A stretch of DNA of 62,664 nt, counting the filler, from Platydemus manokwari (Eukaryota): NCBI GenBank assembly GCA_037951405.1. It is 5 parts of 5 records of this genome, joined end to end, with 100 filler letters (N's around TTAATTAATTAA, not from the genome) between each part and the next. Parts side by side here need not be neighbours in the genome. Positions count along the whole stretch, not along the records: positions 35,734 to 51,966 come from JBBMOY011198098.1; positions 52,067 to 62,664 come from JBBMOY011121329.1; 3 more parts are not named here. One strand, given 5' to 3'. A program made the position numbers and the translations under genes. Below the pieces are notes generated by a model, which saw only the letters and a list, made by a program, of their open reading frames with translations, ran no database searches and had not been told where the DNA came from. Positions 41,341 to 54,885 of the stretch are shown one piece after another. The stretch's first letter is position 1, and each line of letters starts with the position of its first letter.

Positions 41341-43051
41341 TTTCAATGAAATACTCGCAACAATGAAATGGTTTATATATAATATTAATAAATTTCAATT
41401 GGTTCCTTCGTTATCCAATCAGATTTTAGAAATGTTGAGAGATAATGGCAACTGAAAGACCGAAAAATAAAATAGAAACTCAAATGTGAATTAAATATTT
41501 ACCGAATTTATTCCAATTGGTGTTGACCAAAATGCGATAATCATCATCTAGTATTAGCTTCAGTGAATCAACGTTAAGTAATCAAATTCGAATTTATTCC
41601 GTGCTACTTTAGCTAAAATTTTTAAACGGATTGAACTTTGGATGTCTCTGATTCTGTAAGGATATTGAAAGGAAAATATTCAAATCTTACTAGGCGATTG
41701 ACTATTCTAATGTTAATGAATTCATTTTGAAACCGTTTTATTGATATTGTGTCTGTTAAACTTAATTGGAGTACAAAAGAGAAAGCTCCTTTAATAATCC
41801 TACAAAAATGAAGTTTTTGTCTGGAATCTAAACTGTTAAGGAATAAAATCTATATTAGAGAATTTAATGATCTCAGGTATTTTTTTAATAAGAGAAAAAT
41901 CCATTTTATTGTGTAATTTATTTTTATTATAATACCAAAAGTTTTGTCTTCAATATGCAGTAGAAAGTGTCTGACCTAAACCTCTGTTACTATAGTGACT
42001 TTTAATTTCGGTGATTAAAAGTAAAATGCTACAGCTATAAATCACCGATAAGAAACTGAACTGCAACGATTGAGACAGGAATTCAGCTCAAATCATTAAC
42101 CATTCCAGTAGCCATAACTTGCTGACATGCACATTAAATCTGCGAATACAATTCTCTATAAGCCACATACTTCAAATCCATTCACCTTATCATTCGATGT
42201 TTGGTTAGCATTTGTAATTAGACTTTCACTGCTTATATTTTTTAAGATATTTACTATCGACCAGCATTGTTATTGTTGCAATATTGATCGGAATAAAATT
42301 TGACACCATTTAACTTCCACATGACCAACTCAGAAGAGTTTATTAATAATATTTAGTGGAGCAGTTATTAATATATTTCGGTGATTTGCTACGCATCAGT
42401 CAAAATTGTTTTGTTATTTTAAAATGGTTTGTTATTTTACACTGATAACTGAAACCTGGTTTGAGCTTGTTTTTAGTAGAAACTTCATGATACCTAACGA
42501 TCACTTGAAAATTAATAAAATAGGCTTGTCGACTTCAACTAGCAACAAGTCATTTATACTCAGTTTCTACGTGCTTTTATGTAGCAAACTTTCATTTATA
42601 TTTTTCCAATTTCATTGGACCTATGTGCATGTGCTGTTGTGTGTATTCATGTTATTTATGTATTGAAATCGATAATTAAGGCCGTCTCTGATCAGTTTGT
42701 TATAATGCCACTATCATCGTGTAAACATGTATGTTTACAAAGTAACAAAAAAGGGTTCAAAGATGTCAAAATCGCTCAACAACAATATCAAAAATTACTA
42801 AAGATGCACAAATTTATTTCAAAATACAAAAAATTCTCTTGTAAAAATCAAAGTGCGAAATTCTGGTTTTTTGTAGTCTAATTTTTGTAAGTCGTAATCT
42901 GTTTTCACAGACATGATAATGTTCACTTTGCGCTTTTCTTTAATCCAATCTTTTCGTTCCACGGTCATCCTGTTTTTCATCAATTGCCAGAAAAATATAT
43001 CACTACTGCCACACCTATTATCATCATACAATAAGGCTGTGCGAGGTGAAA

Positions 43052-43182
43052 GAACAACAATATAAGGTAAATTACGCCTATGGCCTTAATCAAGAACTCA
43101 TAGAGACTGATTAAGTCAGTAGTGATATCAAGTAAAATTAAGCTTATTAAAACAAATAATTCAATAAGGTCCGAACGTAACA
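43052..43182. repeat. Dispersed repeat family, copy 2
   Basis: Colinear match to 349-479. Confidence 0.85.
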
Positions 43183-44934
43183 TATTGATTGTCTTTTGAA
43201 AACCAAGAGGAAACAATTCTAGATTTAGATTCTGTAATTAAAGAAATAGGATTTCAAAAATTTGATCGCCTAACACATTCAGATATCACGGAGTCAAGTA
43301 TAAAGAGAATTATGAGAATAAAATACTTTTTTCAAATCGCTTTATAAAAAATGTGTGGGTGTCCAATTAATACGAAAAAGACTAATCAAATAGTAAGTGG
43401 AAAACAATGATGTAATGCACGTATTTGATAAAATATATGATCGAAGATAAATATATAAATAATATTCAAATATTTTCTTATTTAATTTTACAAACAAATA
43501 ATTATTTTAAAATGAAGAAAACTTCAAGTGTGATACTTGTGAGAGTTGGGTTGTGGCCATAAATTAAATTTCAAATCTTATTAAAATATGAAATAGAATT
43601 CCTACTATTAGCAGTTTTTTACCCTGTAATTTTACCAATTGCTTTTAATTCAGTTATTATATTTGATAAATAATTTATATGATGATAATAATAAGAATAA
43701 TAATATTATTACTAATAATAATAAATATTTAATAATAAATTTAATACCATTACATAACACATTTTAATTATTTTTGACTTGTGTAAAGCAGACTAATACA
43801 AGTAATATGATGCAAGTTAAAATCTAAGTCAGGGTTTCAGCGACACTCAAAATTTTTAAAATCGAAAAAGTTAAATGAACGAAAGCTGTATTTTTAAAAA
43901 TAACAACAAACCCCGGACCACAAAGTAATTATAAACAAAAATAAACCACGCACAACAATTCAATTTTATTTATTTTCGTAAGCCTTATTATTTAAGGTTG
44001 TAGTTAACCTGGAATTCTTTGGATATCGCAAAAATAATTTTAAAACTTATTTATAAAATTAATAAATGATAAATATAAATTAATATGTTCACTATTAATA
44101 TTTAAAATGAATATTTTCGAAATAAACCAACAATTACAAATACAAGCTTATATATTTGATATTTAAATGATATATCTATCCATAGAGATGAATAAAATAA
44201 ACAAGATTTGGTTTATATCACGAAAACGTTCACTTTAGACTTTTAATTATTTAATTATAAGAAAATTATTATTTTGAATATTTCAGAAAGAGTAATACGA
44301 AATCGTGCATCGAATAAAACGCGGATCATTAAAATCAAAATTCGATTAAAGTTAATTGAAAGAAATTAATTCAGCATCATTTCATGTGAAACATTATTGA
44401 AATGTTTACAATAAAATTATTGGTAATGTGCCTTGGTAAAATGATGGCTGCACCGTGAAAATGCGAATGCGAATGACAGTAACAATACCACATAAATAAA
44501 TTTACCATTTTTCATACGATGATAGACTGCTACCAAGTGGTATGCAAACACACAAATATACAACGTTAAATGCATGTAACGCATCTTTACAATATTCGAC
44601 ACACAATCACGAATACACACATAATCTATTATCAGCACACATAACGGGCACGCTTGGCTGTAATGTATTCAAGTGGATTCCATGGTTAGCAGTATTCTAG
44701 TGAAATAGCAGCGATAATAATAATAATAATGATATTAGTAACGAGGCACAATGCCACGGCATTCACATGACATCTGAACAATTCGAGTGGTGCCTTTTAT
44801 CTGAATTAGTCGAATAAGAACTGTTGATCTCACTCAACCAGTTTATAGCGCGCGCGCATATTCATAATTTTTATACCTTACTATCAGAGCTTCAACGGAA
44901 AAAAAATCATCAACACAGTTCCTTTGACCAATCA

Positions 44935-47900
44935 ATGACCTCAACGCAACACCAGAATTTAAATTCCGCTTTCTCATATCAAATCCTCAGCAGTAACAAC
45001 AATTGTAGCTCGTCAGCGATCTCGCACTCAAACAGTTCATCACTGCAGTATCCATTGGATAGTAGTGAAAGTAAGATAAATTTCATCTTTAACAACTTGC
45101 TTAGTATTTTTGTCAACGCAAGTCTGTCAAATAATCATAGTCAAATAGTACATATATATACTGTTGTATTGTGTGCCCCCTGGCTGGAAATCCAAAGTAC
45201 ACGATTCAGACTTTGCTTATTATATTTCTGGACTTTGTGAACTGCCTGCAGTAGGCAAAACGAGTATAAAATATACCTTAAATAGTATTTCAGGAATTTG
45301 ACCTTTCGTTGAACTCTGGCCGTACATTGAACCTTTTCCGCAACATCTGTCATTGTTTGCGCAGATTAATAACTATATTTTATGTTGTTTCACAGTGTCA
45401 CAGCAGCATGAGGTTGTCTATGCAGCAAATGCTTCAGTACCCGAAGGCATGGAGAACAACCAGTTGTGTCTGATTTGTAGTGATAAAGCAACTGGTATGA
45501 ATTCGTGTGTCAATAAAAGACCATTTAATAATAATTGTTTGTGTTAAGGTAAACATTACGGAGCATTTTCATGTGATGGTTGCAAAGGTTTCTTTCGTCG
45601 ATCAGTTCGAAAGAAAAACAATTACACTTGCCAATACAATAGGAATTGCAAAATGGATAAAGACAAACGAAATCAATGCAGATATTGTAGATTGAAGAAA
45701 TGTATTCTTGTGGGCATGAAAAGAGCTGGTAAGGATTGATTTTCTAGAATAATAATAATAATAATATTACACAATGATTATATTATTATTATATATACTC
45801 ATTAACAGTATTATTGATAAGTAGTACAACAAATAATAATGATATCTCTAATATCTTTTCTCGTATCTATTACAATTATTATTTATTAAAAATTCTTTTA
45901 AGAATAGATTTATATTTCATACTAGTTTATTAAAACATTATTAGTAAGGTCATATGAACGAAATTATATAAATCATACTTTGTCAACAAGTTATTGATTA
46001 TTGAATTGATAATTTGGTGATCGATATTAGAATGTAATTTCAAATTTTCTGGTATACATGATATTTTATCATATTTCAAATTGGTCTATAAGTCTACGAA
46101 TTGTGTCGATCGTATCAATGCCACCAAATACAAATCGCAACAACGTATCAAAAACGTAATTTTCCATTCATTTAATGGTTATCACGTACACTTTTATCTG
46201 ACTAATGATTGGAAAAATAATTTTTAAAACAATGCTCCAAAATCAAATTCAATATCGCCATATTGATTTGGAAATTTGGAAAATCTGGAATCAACTTTAC
46301 ATTGTGAGCTGCCGGTGAAGCACATAATGACAATACGCATTCGATATCGATTGGTGATAGTGTGGTGATTGAAGTGTGTACCACACGCACTCAAATATTA
46401 TGAAGATCGTTATCAGCGAGTGAGATAACGACGAAATTGTATTCTGTTTAGAAAACATGTCAAAACTGTCATGACTCACTATACCAACAGATAAGAACCT
46501 TACAACCAAATATTATTGTTGATTATCTCTTACTCTTAATGAAATTAAAAAAATAAATTCATATCTAATCAACTATTATTTTTATAATTTTAAGTTGGTG
46601 AATGTGTTAACTTTGGAATTCGTTGTTATTTCAGCTGTCCAAAATGAGAGAGATCGAATCAGTACCAGAAGATCATCATTCGATGATATTCCACCAAATG
46701 TCATTCTATCAATTTCTCAACTGATGCAAGCAGAACAGAGAGTAATATCCCAAGTTACCTGATAATTTTGGAATTATTAAAATTACTAAGTAAAATAAAA
46801 ATCATAATATTAATACTGCTCTATATTTCTGGCTCTTGTAGGTGTATATACGTCCTTTAATATAAAAGTACATTTCATTTGTCCTCACTGCTGATCTAAG
46901 ATAAAAATGTCTTCATATTATAGTGGTTCCAATTAGTAAATTTTTATTTTTTTTTAATTCTTTATCTCGATATTTATATATTTACCCATAACTGCTTTAC
47001 TTCAATATCAATATACAATTAAATACAATATTATCACAGATTGAATGGTTTATTTCTATTTGTTCGTCAATTTGGGATAATTTTAGATAAAGATTTGGCA
47101 ATATTCTGTACTAATTTCAGATTTCTTGTAAATAGATCTTTATCATTCTGAAAATAGTAATTCTTGATTATGATTTCACACAAAAGCAATTCCGATTCAT
47201 AAAGTGCAAGAAGTCAATCATTATATAAATAAATCTTTGAGAATAACCATCAAATATCAAATAATTTTAATGATTTGTTAAGTGTTTCTCTTTCATCGAT
47301 ATTTATGAATTATATAAGTGTTAGATAAGCGAGATTCAACTGTTATAGTAATACCTACTGTAGTAATAATTATGAAAGATAATTTAGTACGAAACCATAT
47401 AATGAGACGCTGTCATAAGTAATAATGAAATCGTGTGAAATGGTGGTGGGTTTGAATTCAATAACGAATTATTAAAATAAGGATTCGAGATCTTACCGTA
47501 TGATAAGTAACAGTAAGGACTACAAAATATGTTTATTCGCGAACTAACATCTTTTATGTACAAAGATCTAACCAGTGAACTCTCATCACCCTAATAATAA
47601 TAATAATAATAATAATAACAATAATAATAATAATAATAATAATAACAATAATAATAATAATAATAGTAATGATAATAATAATAAGGATTATTATTATTTT
47701 ATAAATAAATTATATTAATAACTAACAATATTATTATAATATCAAGGTTGGCATGCAAAAGCCCCCAAATCCACAAGATTGTATGCATCGATATGCAGAA
47801 GTTCCTGATGTTTGTGAATCGATGAAAAATCAATTATTTTTGCTTGTTAATTGGGCTAAAACTTTACCATGTTTTTCGCAACTCAGTCTCAGTGATCAGG

Positions 47901-49959
47901 TTTCCGAAAATTCAATTCAACAAACTTTTGTCATTATCGCCATTCATGTTTCAGATAGCACTTTTAAAAGCACATGCTGGTGAAATTCTAATTCTCGGTG
48001 TGATCAGACGTTCCTTTCAATTAGACCAAGACGATGTTCTTTTGTTAGGAAACAATCTCATCATCAGCCGGAATTCTACTGACAAACATTTTTCAGAAAT
48101 TGCCAGTCACATTCTCGATGACCTATTCATTCCTTTGAGAGAATTACAGTTGGATGATGCAGAATTCGCCTGTCTGAAGGCCATAGTATTTTTCGATCCA
48201 CGTAAGAAAAGCGATATTTGTAATATTCATGAGCACAATACTAATGAGCATAAATTTCAAATGTGTAATTTAGGCCTCAATTTATAGCATTATCTTGTTT
48301 TAATTGGTCAACCAAATTAATTTTTTATCTCCAATATTAAAAATAATGTCAGATTTTTAATATTTTAGTACATTTTATAATCGCAAAATATAAAAAGTAA
48401 ATAAATTTCAATATTAATGTGCACAAATGATACGCTGTTGTTAGATCCCCACATATCGAACGGTTCAGATTTTAGTTATGTAATGATAAACAAATGGCTC
48501 GTGCAATTAAATTATTGAAACTCTTCAATATCGTAAGCTACAAAACAAATTTTCTAATTCATCAGACTTTGATTTGAAAAGAAATGGCAATCAATAGAAA
48601 TACTGTCATTGGTTAATTCGTAAATATTTTGAATATGTATATAATTGCGTAAGTATGACGTGATCGTGATAATTAAATTTTCGATTAGCTTACATTGTTT
48701 TTTTCAAATATTCACCAACATCAGTGGTGCACATCGATTGAATTTTCGATTTGAAGTTGTTTTACAAATCTGTTTTTTTTATCTATGTTTGATCGGTAAT
48801 GCAATATTGATGAGAGTTTCCTTGACAACTGTTGTGGACTTAAGGTCAATTTTTATAGATCGAGTGATAAAATTGAAATTATCACACATTTATCCACTCA
48901 TTTGGTACATTCGCAATACAAGACATAATAGATAATGCACTGAAAAAGCTCATAAAAATACAGTTGTTACATGCAACGGTTAACATCGCATAATTTTTAT
49001 GAAAAATCTTTGATTAAGAAGTTGTAGGAGTCAGCGAGTCCGGTAAAGAATTCGTTCGGAGATGTCGATATCAAATTCAGATGGATCTAATGAATCACAT
49101 GAATGATAAACAATACCATAAGCCAGGACGATTTGGTGAGCTTCTGTTGACAATTCCCGATTTGCGATTAGTCACCCAATTGATGGTGAAAAAGGTTGAA
49201 TTTATGAAGATGACCGGTCTGGCAGAGATTGATAGTTTATTGTCAGAAACATTGCTGGGTATGAGAGATTGTGTTTGAATTGGTTTGTAATTCGTTTTAC
49301 ATTTATTCCAGGTGACAACCCGAACGCCATGTTTGAAATGCAATCGGCCACAGATGGGAATAATAACAATAACGAATCCATTGATTTGTTGAATACACAC
49401 CGAATTCCAGGCCTGCAATCGCCTCCATTAAATGATTGTCACACCTTGTACAACCTTCCTCCCTTCATTTCCAGCAACAATTTACTCGACATCAATAATC
49501 AGAACATTTTACCAGAAGCCGCTTCCAATATTTGGAAAACTTATCTGCCCAGCTCGACATCGATGCCATCTGGAAATATTTATCGTGCATTTGTAAATCA
49601 AGGTTAGAATCGATTGTTTTCGAGTGGACATTTTTTTAAAAAAAATTTCTCTTTCATTTTAATTAGGAGCAGAAATTATCCCTGCAAACCAACAAGACTC
49701 CCATAATTTCAACATGATTATCAACAGCGATGGAATGATGCTTAAAAACGAAAACGTTGGAGTTCCATCGATTTTCTCATGTGTAAATGATTCGATCAAT
49801 TTATATCAACATTCCAACATCACATCACAAGATGCCAGCCATTTTCTGGTGAATCTCGATCTAAACTTTCCCATGTTCAATCAGACCAAATACAATTATA
49901 ACGGAGAAACCAATCAAAACTGCTCAAATTCATCTAATTCAGGTACGATTACTTTATAA
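44935..49959 (+). CDS. HNF4: Nuclear receptor HNF4 (NR2A), 9 exons, about 581 aa
   Basis: Exons 44935-45070, 45396-45494, 45549-45728, 46635-46741, 47747-47899, 47955-48201, 49019-49258, 49312-49602, 49667-49959 total 1746 nt in frame; exon 1 is the least certain. P-box [20 protein letters not shown]-box [62 protein letters not shown]-2 [17 protein letters not shown] at 50031. Confidence 0.95.
45193..45336. promoter_or_regulatory. Cluster of candidate HNF4/nuclear-receptor binding sites in HNF4 intron 1
   Basis: CAAAGTACA (45193), CAGACTTTG (45207), TGGACTTTG (45229, the reverse complement of CAAAGTCCA), TGACCTTT (45299), TGAACTCTGGCC (45310), TGAACCTTT (45328). Confidence 0.45.
47592..47684. 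repeat. (AAT)n microsatellite in HNF4 intron 4
   Basis: About 30 AAT units with a few AAC/AGT/GAT interruptions. Confidence 0.95.
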
Positions 49960-51966
49960 CATTCAATTGATTTCCCAGTGTGTATGTGTGTGTGTTATTA
50001 TTATTGCATTGTAATATTAATATTACTATTAATAAACATTGGTTTCTTAACAGATGTTAATGTCCAAATATTTGAAGAGATTCCATCAATTTTTATTGAA
50101 TGAAATAACCTGCTCGATTGTTGAATTATTTAATCTATAAATCCATCATTAAAGTATCATTAATTGGGAATATTCCATTTTTACAAATTTATTAGAGTCA
50201 CTACGGCACACAAATATTTACGAACAATATTGCTAATAAAATATAGCTGTTTAGTAAGTAGAGCCTTGGCTAATGTACACAACTCGTTTAATGACTGTGC
50301 GAATGTTACTGTTCCCATTTCGTGTCAGTTTCGTAACGAGCTCCAGATTGGCTCGATGAAAACGAAACGGAAAGGATTGCAATCGGTTAATAAATTGGAA
50401 TCATTATTTGTCTCGATTATCGATTGATTTGAAGACAGGATGAAGGATTGATGATTTAGATGTGGGGGTGTCCGTTGTTTATACAAGATGCCATAATTTT
50501 GAATAAACATTCTATCACTATCATCACGTGATGTTATTTTCAGTACGGATTTCTCAGCACGATGTCATCAGCACCGCCACTCCAGTCATCATGCTGTGTA
50601 TATTCATATCGCATTATGAATAAAGAGAGAAACTGAAATTTAATCAATATCTTGTACATCCTCGTTCAATTCTATAGAAATTTATTTACTTCACTGTAGT
50701 CTCACATTGAATGAAATGTTACCTTTGTTCTAAGTCGTCTGTCTAGATTTGTTTTCTTTGAATGGATCGGATTTGGTGTGCTATTACCATACAAATAGGA
50801 ATGAAAAGGCTTCTTTAAAATTCCGTAGAAACGCAAAATAAAATTCCATTAAGAATGAACAATTAATGGAGACATTGAGAATATGCTCGAAATTACTTAT
50901 TGTTTCAACCTTAAACAAAGCGCAAATGCATTAATCGAACATCCTTTCATATTCGGCGAAAACGTTTTTGTCATATGATTGCGTTTGACCTCAAAATTTA
51001 GCATGGAATTTGACTTGATTAAAACAAGGGTAATTCAATCGGAAAAAATTTGAATTATATTGTGAACGGGAATCATTTCAATACGTTTTTATCTTACATG
51101 ACTTGTTAGAGAGCCTGCACACATAAATTTCCGCATACATACACACACACTTGCCCATATATTCACTGAAACAAGATTTCAAGCTGTGGAATTTCTTCTC
51201 ATTGCACATATTTTCGATTATTGCATTATTTGAAATTATTCATAGAAATAATGGCCAATAGGAAATGGTTTTCAATGATTAGCAATCAATACTGTTAACC
51301 AATACTATCGTACTCATGATGTTTCATTGCCTATATATTCGAATTTTGTTTTTCTTATGTACAAAACTTTAATCGATTAGTAAAATTTATGTAAATAACA
51401 TGGTTAGCTACACTCTTCGTCGTTATTTTCATAACTAAAGATAAACAATGTTACTATATTAGTTATAACAACCGCAAATATCGATTCAAATAGGAATTAC
51501 GTGTGGTAATCGTCAATATCATGAATGTGAAATAATAAATTAATTGATAAACCATATTATTATTAAATCTACCATCGATAATTATTAAAATATTAAAATT
51601 CGGCACAATGATTGTGAGTTCGAATCCAACAGTAAGCGAATTAAAGGAATATGAGCTTCGGGCTCTCCTAACCGGTACTGTAGTCAGCTTTCTAAAATGA
51701 TTTATGTGTGATCTACTTATTGGGATTGGTAAAGGCATAATCACCAAGATCTTATAGCCGCTATATATATTGTAATGTGACGTATAACAGTTGATGTAAT
51801 ATAAATAAAGGTTAACAAATACAGTGCGTAGTTGATAATGAATTAACCTATTTTCTTTTTCGTAACATTCTTAATCTAATGATATCGAGCTACCAGGTTG
51901 AGTCAAAAGTTATTCATGTTTTTATGCAGGTATTTTATTAACACAAATTGTTATAACGCTGAACAT

Positions 51967-52066
51967 NNNNNNNNNNNNNNNNNNNNNNNNNNNNNNNNNN
52001 NNNNNNNNNNTTAATTAATTAANNNNNNNNNNNNNNNNNNNNNNNNNNNNNNNNNNNNNNNNNNNN
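51967..52066. other. Artificial contig spacer N44-TTAATTAATTAA-N44
   Basis: Identical 100-nt spacer. Confidence 0.97.
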
Positions 52067-53689
52067 TATAATCTGAAACTACAACTCTCTTTAACATTTA
52101 TTCTAAGCAGAATAATAATGTTTTGAATGATATATAATAAAGAGATAAAAATAAGTGTTGCCTACCACTTAACGAAAAACAATAAAGATAATAAAAAGAA
52201 ACAAAAATAAAAATAAATAACGATAAGAGAAAGCAAACAATAACATAATAAAACAATCAATCAATTAGGAATAGGTTATTTAATAACGAATAAAGTATGT
52301 AATAAGATACGAATGAAGTAATAGAAAAAATACTGAGAAAAGATGCGAGAAAAATAATAAAACAGGGTTTGTGACCGAATTGTTAATGTACGTAATGATT
52401 AGTACGATTCAGTGAAATAAAAATTACAATCTTCAATTCTCATGAACCCAACAATAGTAACAATAAAAAGAGGTTAAAATGAAAGAGATAAAATTACAAA
52501 TCATTAAATTAAATGAATTAAAATTAGTTGAGTGGTAGATGAGTGGCATCCATTGAGAGTATAAAAGACCATTTAATAACTAGTTTTCCATCACTGTAAA
52601 ATGCAATCACTACAAAAACATTAGAATCAAATATCAACACTGCAATAATTCTTCGAGAACACGAATTGAAATTACAAATTCGATCATCTTTGGTTAACTA
52701 GTAAGTCTAACGTTATTGATGGGCACCCGTTATGAAAACACTAATGATAAGCACAATAAAATTTGCCCATGAACAAATAAATGTCACCATCAGAATCAGA
52801 TATTCTTAGCAAATTAATAAATTGTATAAATAAATACTGATAACCTATAGATATTAATAGAATAGATCAAGAGTAATCGTTTATTGATAAATATGACATT
52901 ACAATAGATAAGCAAATTTGAAAGTTGTGTAATGTAACGTGTGCACCTGTCTCGACCTGAAATAGATTTAATAACCAATGATGGGAAATGATGGCACCGT
53001 TTCAAGTGAAAAACAATGACTTGGAAGAATATATTTTAGGTGCTTGGTAAATACTTGATGCGAATTTTGCAACATAAGATAGCTATTGATTATTTCAATT
53101 CCGCACATTAATAACTAATAATTATGCTTATATAATTATTCAGTGTCTAAAGCCAAAATTTGAATCTTAGTTCTGTTGGGATTCTGATAATCCTCACTCA
53201 AATTCAGTATGAAATTTAACAATCATGCCAATAACAATTTCTTATTAACAGTGTAATTATGGCAATAACAATTTCTTATAAATGTATATTGAAGTAAATC
53301 ATAATTTTTGGAAGCTAATTGAATTGTATCATTTAGTCCTTTTTTATTAAAGTTTGTAAAAAGTTATATTAATATCCAATTTTATCCACTGTAAGGTTAT
53401 ATTGAAATATTTTATTTATTTTGCATGGGATATCGCAATGTAGCGATAATTTTTATATTTTATTGCTTATGTGAAATTCTGGACATAAATAATTTAAAAT
53501 AATTTATATGGTTACGTGATGAATATATTGATACTTTTAAATAATATTTCTAAATATAGCAACAATAGAATATAATGGATGGAATAAATAAACCTTAGGG
53601 GAATTTTATTGTAATAATATTCAACAAATATATGGGATTTTTATAATATAGTATCGAAATATATTTATTCGGAACTATTATAAGCGCCG

Positions 53690-54385
53690 ACATAGGAAAA
53701 GTATAAATAGGAGTTGAAATCATTACAATTCGCCCATTTTGTGAAACCACTAGACTACGTGAAGCTAGAAATCAATAGAGAAGATTACGAGAAAACACGA
53801 TCCAAACGTATTTGACATACAAGCCTTCGAGTTATTCAATTCGTTCTCCAGCCATCAGCCATTATATTGATTTATTGTCCAAACCAAAGTGAGTTAGATT
53901 GATACTCTAAAATTTCAATCAATACTATCTATCGTATCGTATACTGTCCTATTATAGAGTTTTATCTCACAAAAACCTCTTATGGGCATTAGTTCGGCTT
54001 CTCGAGTTGAAGTTTGCAACCGTTGCTTATTTCCAGAATTTGTAAGATCGTCGTTTAAGTGTAATTTTTATAGTTGTATACTGTAGCTAAAAATAGCAAA
54101 TTTGTGGTTTTTTATATTTGGTGTATATTTTCATAGCAATAAAACTTACTTTAATTGATAGTTTGCTGATTTGGTGAATTAAATAGTTAAGTTTGAGACC
54201 AATTGTGATAAATATAATATTTGGATCATTGCTGCCAATCGTACTATTTTCAAGTAGTATTGATCGTGAGGTGAAGATAAAAAAAATAGTGAAATTAGGT
54301 TTGACCAGAGCTCACTGAGACTGGTGACGACGGCATTGATCCATAGTAATAAAATATAAAATATTGAGACTGATAAGATATAAAA
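53690..54385 (+). repeat. Dispersed repeat family, diverged longer copy 3 (LTR-like)
   Basis: TATA-like gtataaata at 53701. ccagagctcactgagactg (54305) and atattgagactgataa (54361) match the family core and the reverse complement of 58850-59010. Confidence 0.5.
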
Positions 54386-54885
54386 TACAAGCAACCCCGA
54401 AACACGTCATTATTATTGTTGTTGTTATATATTTATTATTATTGTTCATTATTATCCGACTTTTACTATCGTTATTATGAATTATTATTATCAATTAATC
54501 ATTCATGGATGTTTTTATTTTTTATTTTTTTTTATTTCATCGTAACCTTTCTGTATCAATTATTATATCCATTATAATTAATCATTATTCTAACAGAAAC
54601 AAAATAAAACCAAATGAAAAATAAAATTATTATCGATATTATTAGGCATTATATGTAAATTTAGCAAAAATAGCTTTGTATTTTAAATTTTATTTTTCCT
54701 TTTCTTCAAAAATATTGGGAAACTAAGGTATGGTGAGTTACATCACTGAACGGTTGAAGTGACAAAAATAAAAATAATGGCGATATCAATTGATATTTCC
54801 TTTAAAAAAATTTATTGTTGCGTAATTGTGTTGTAATTAAAGCGAAATAAAAACTGTTGATATTTGATATTTATTTATAACAATC

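Noticed and set aside
15039-49959. Collagen + homeobox + HNF4 + carbonic anhydrase as a developmental gene cluster
   Set aside because: They sit on different concatenated contigs. Only CA and HNF4 are truly linked (divergent, 3.6 kb apart).
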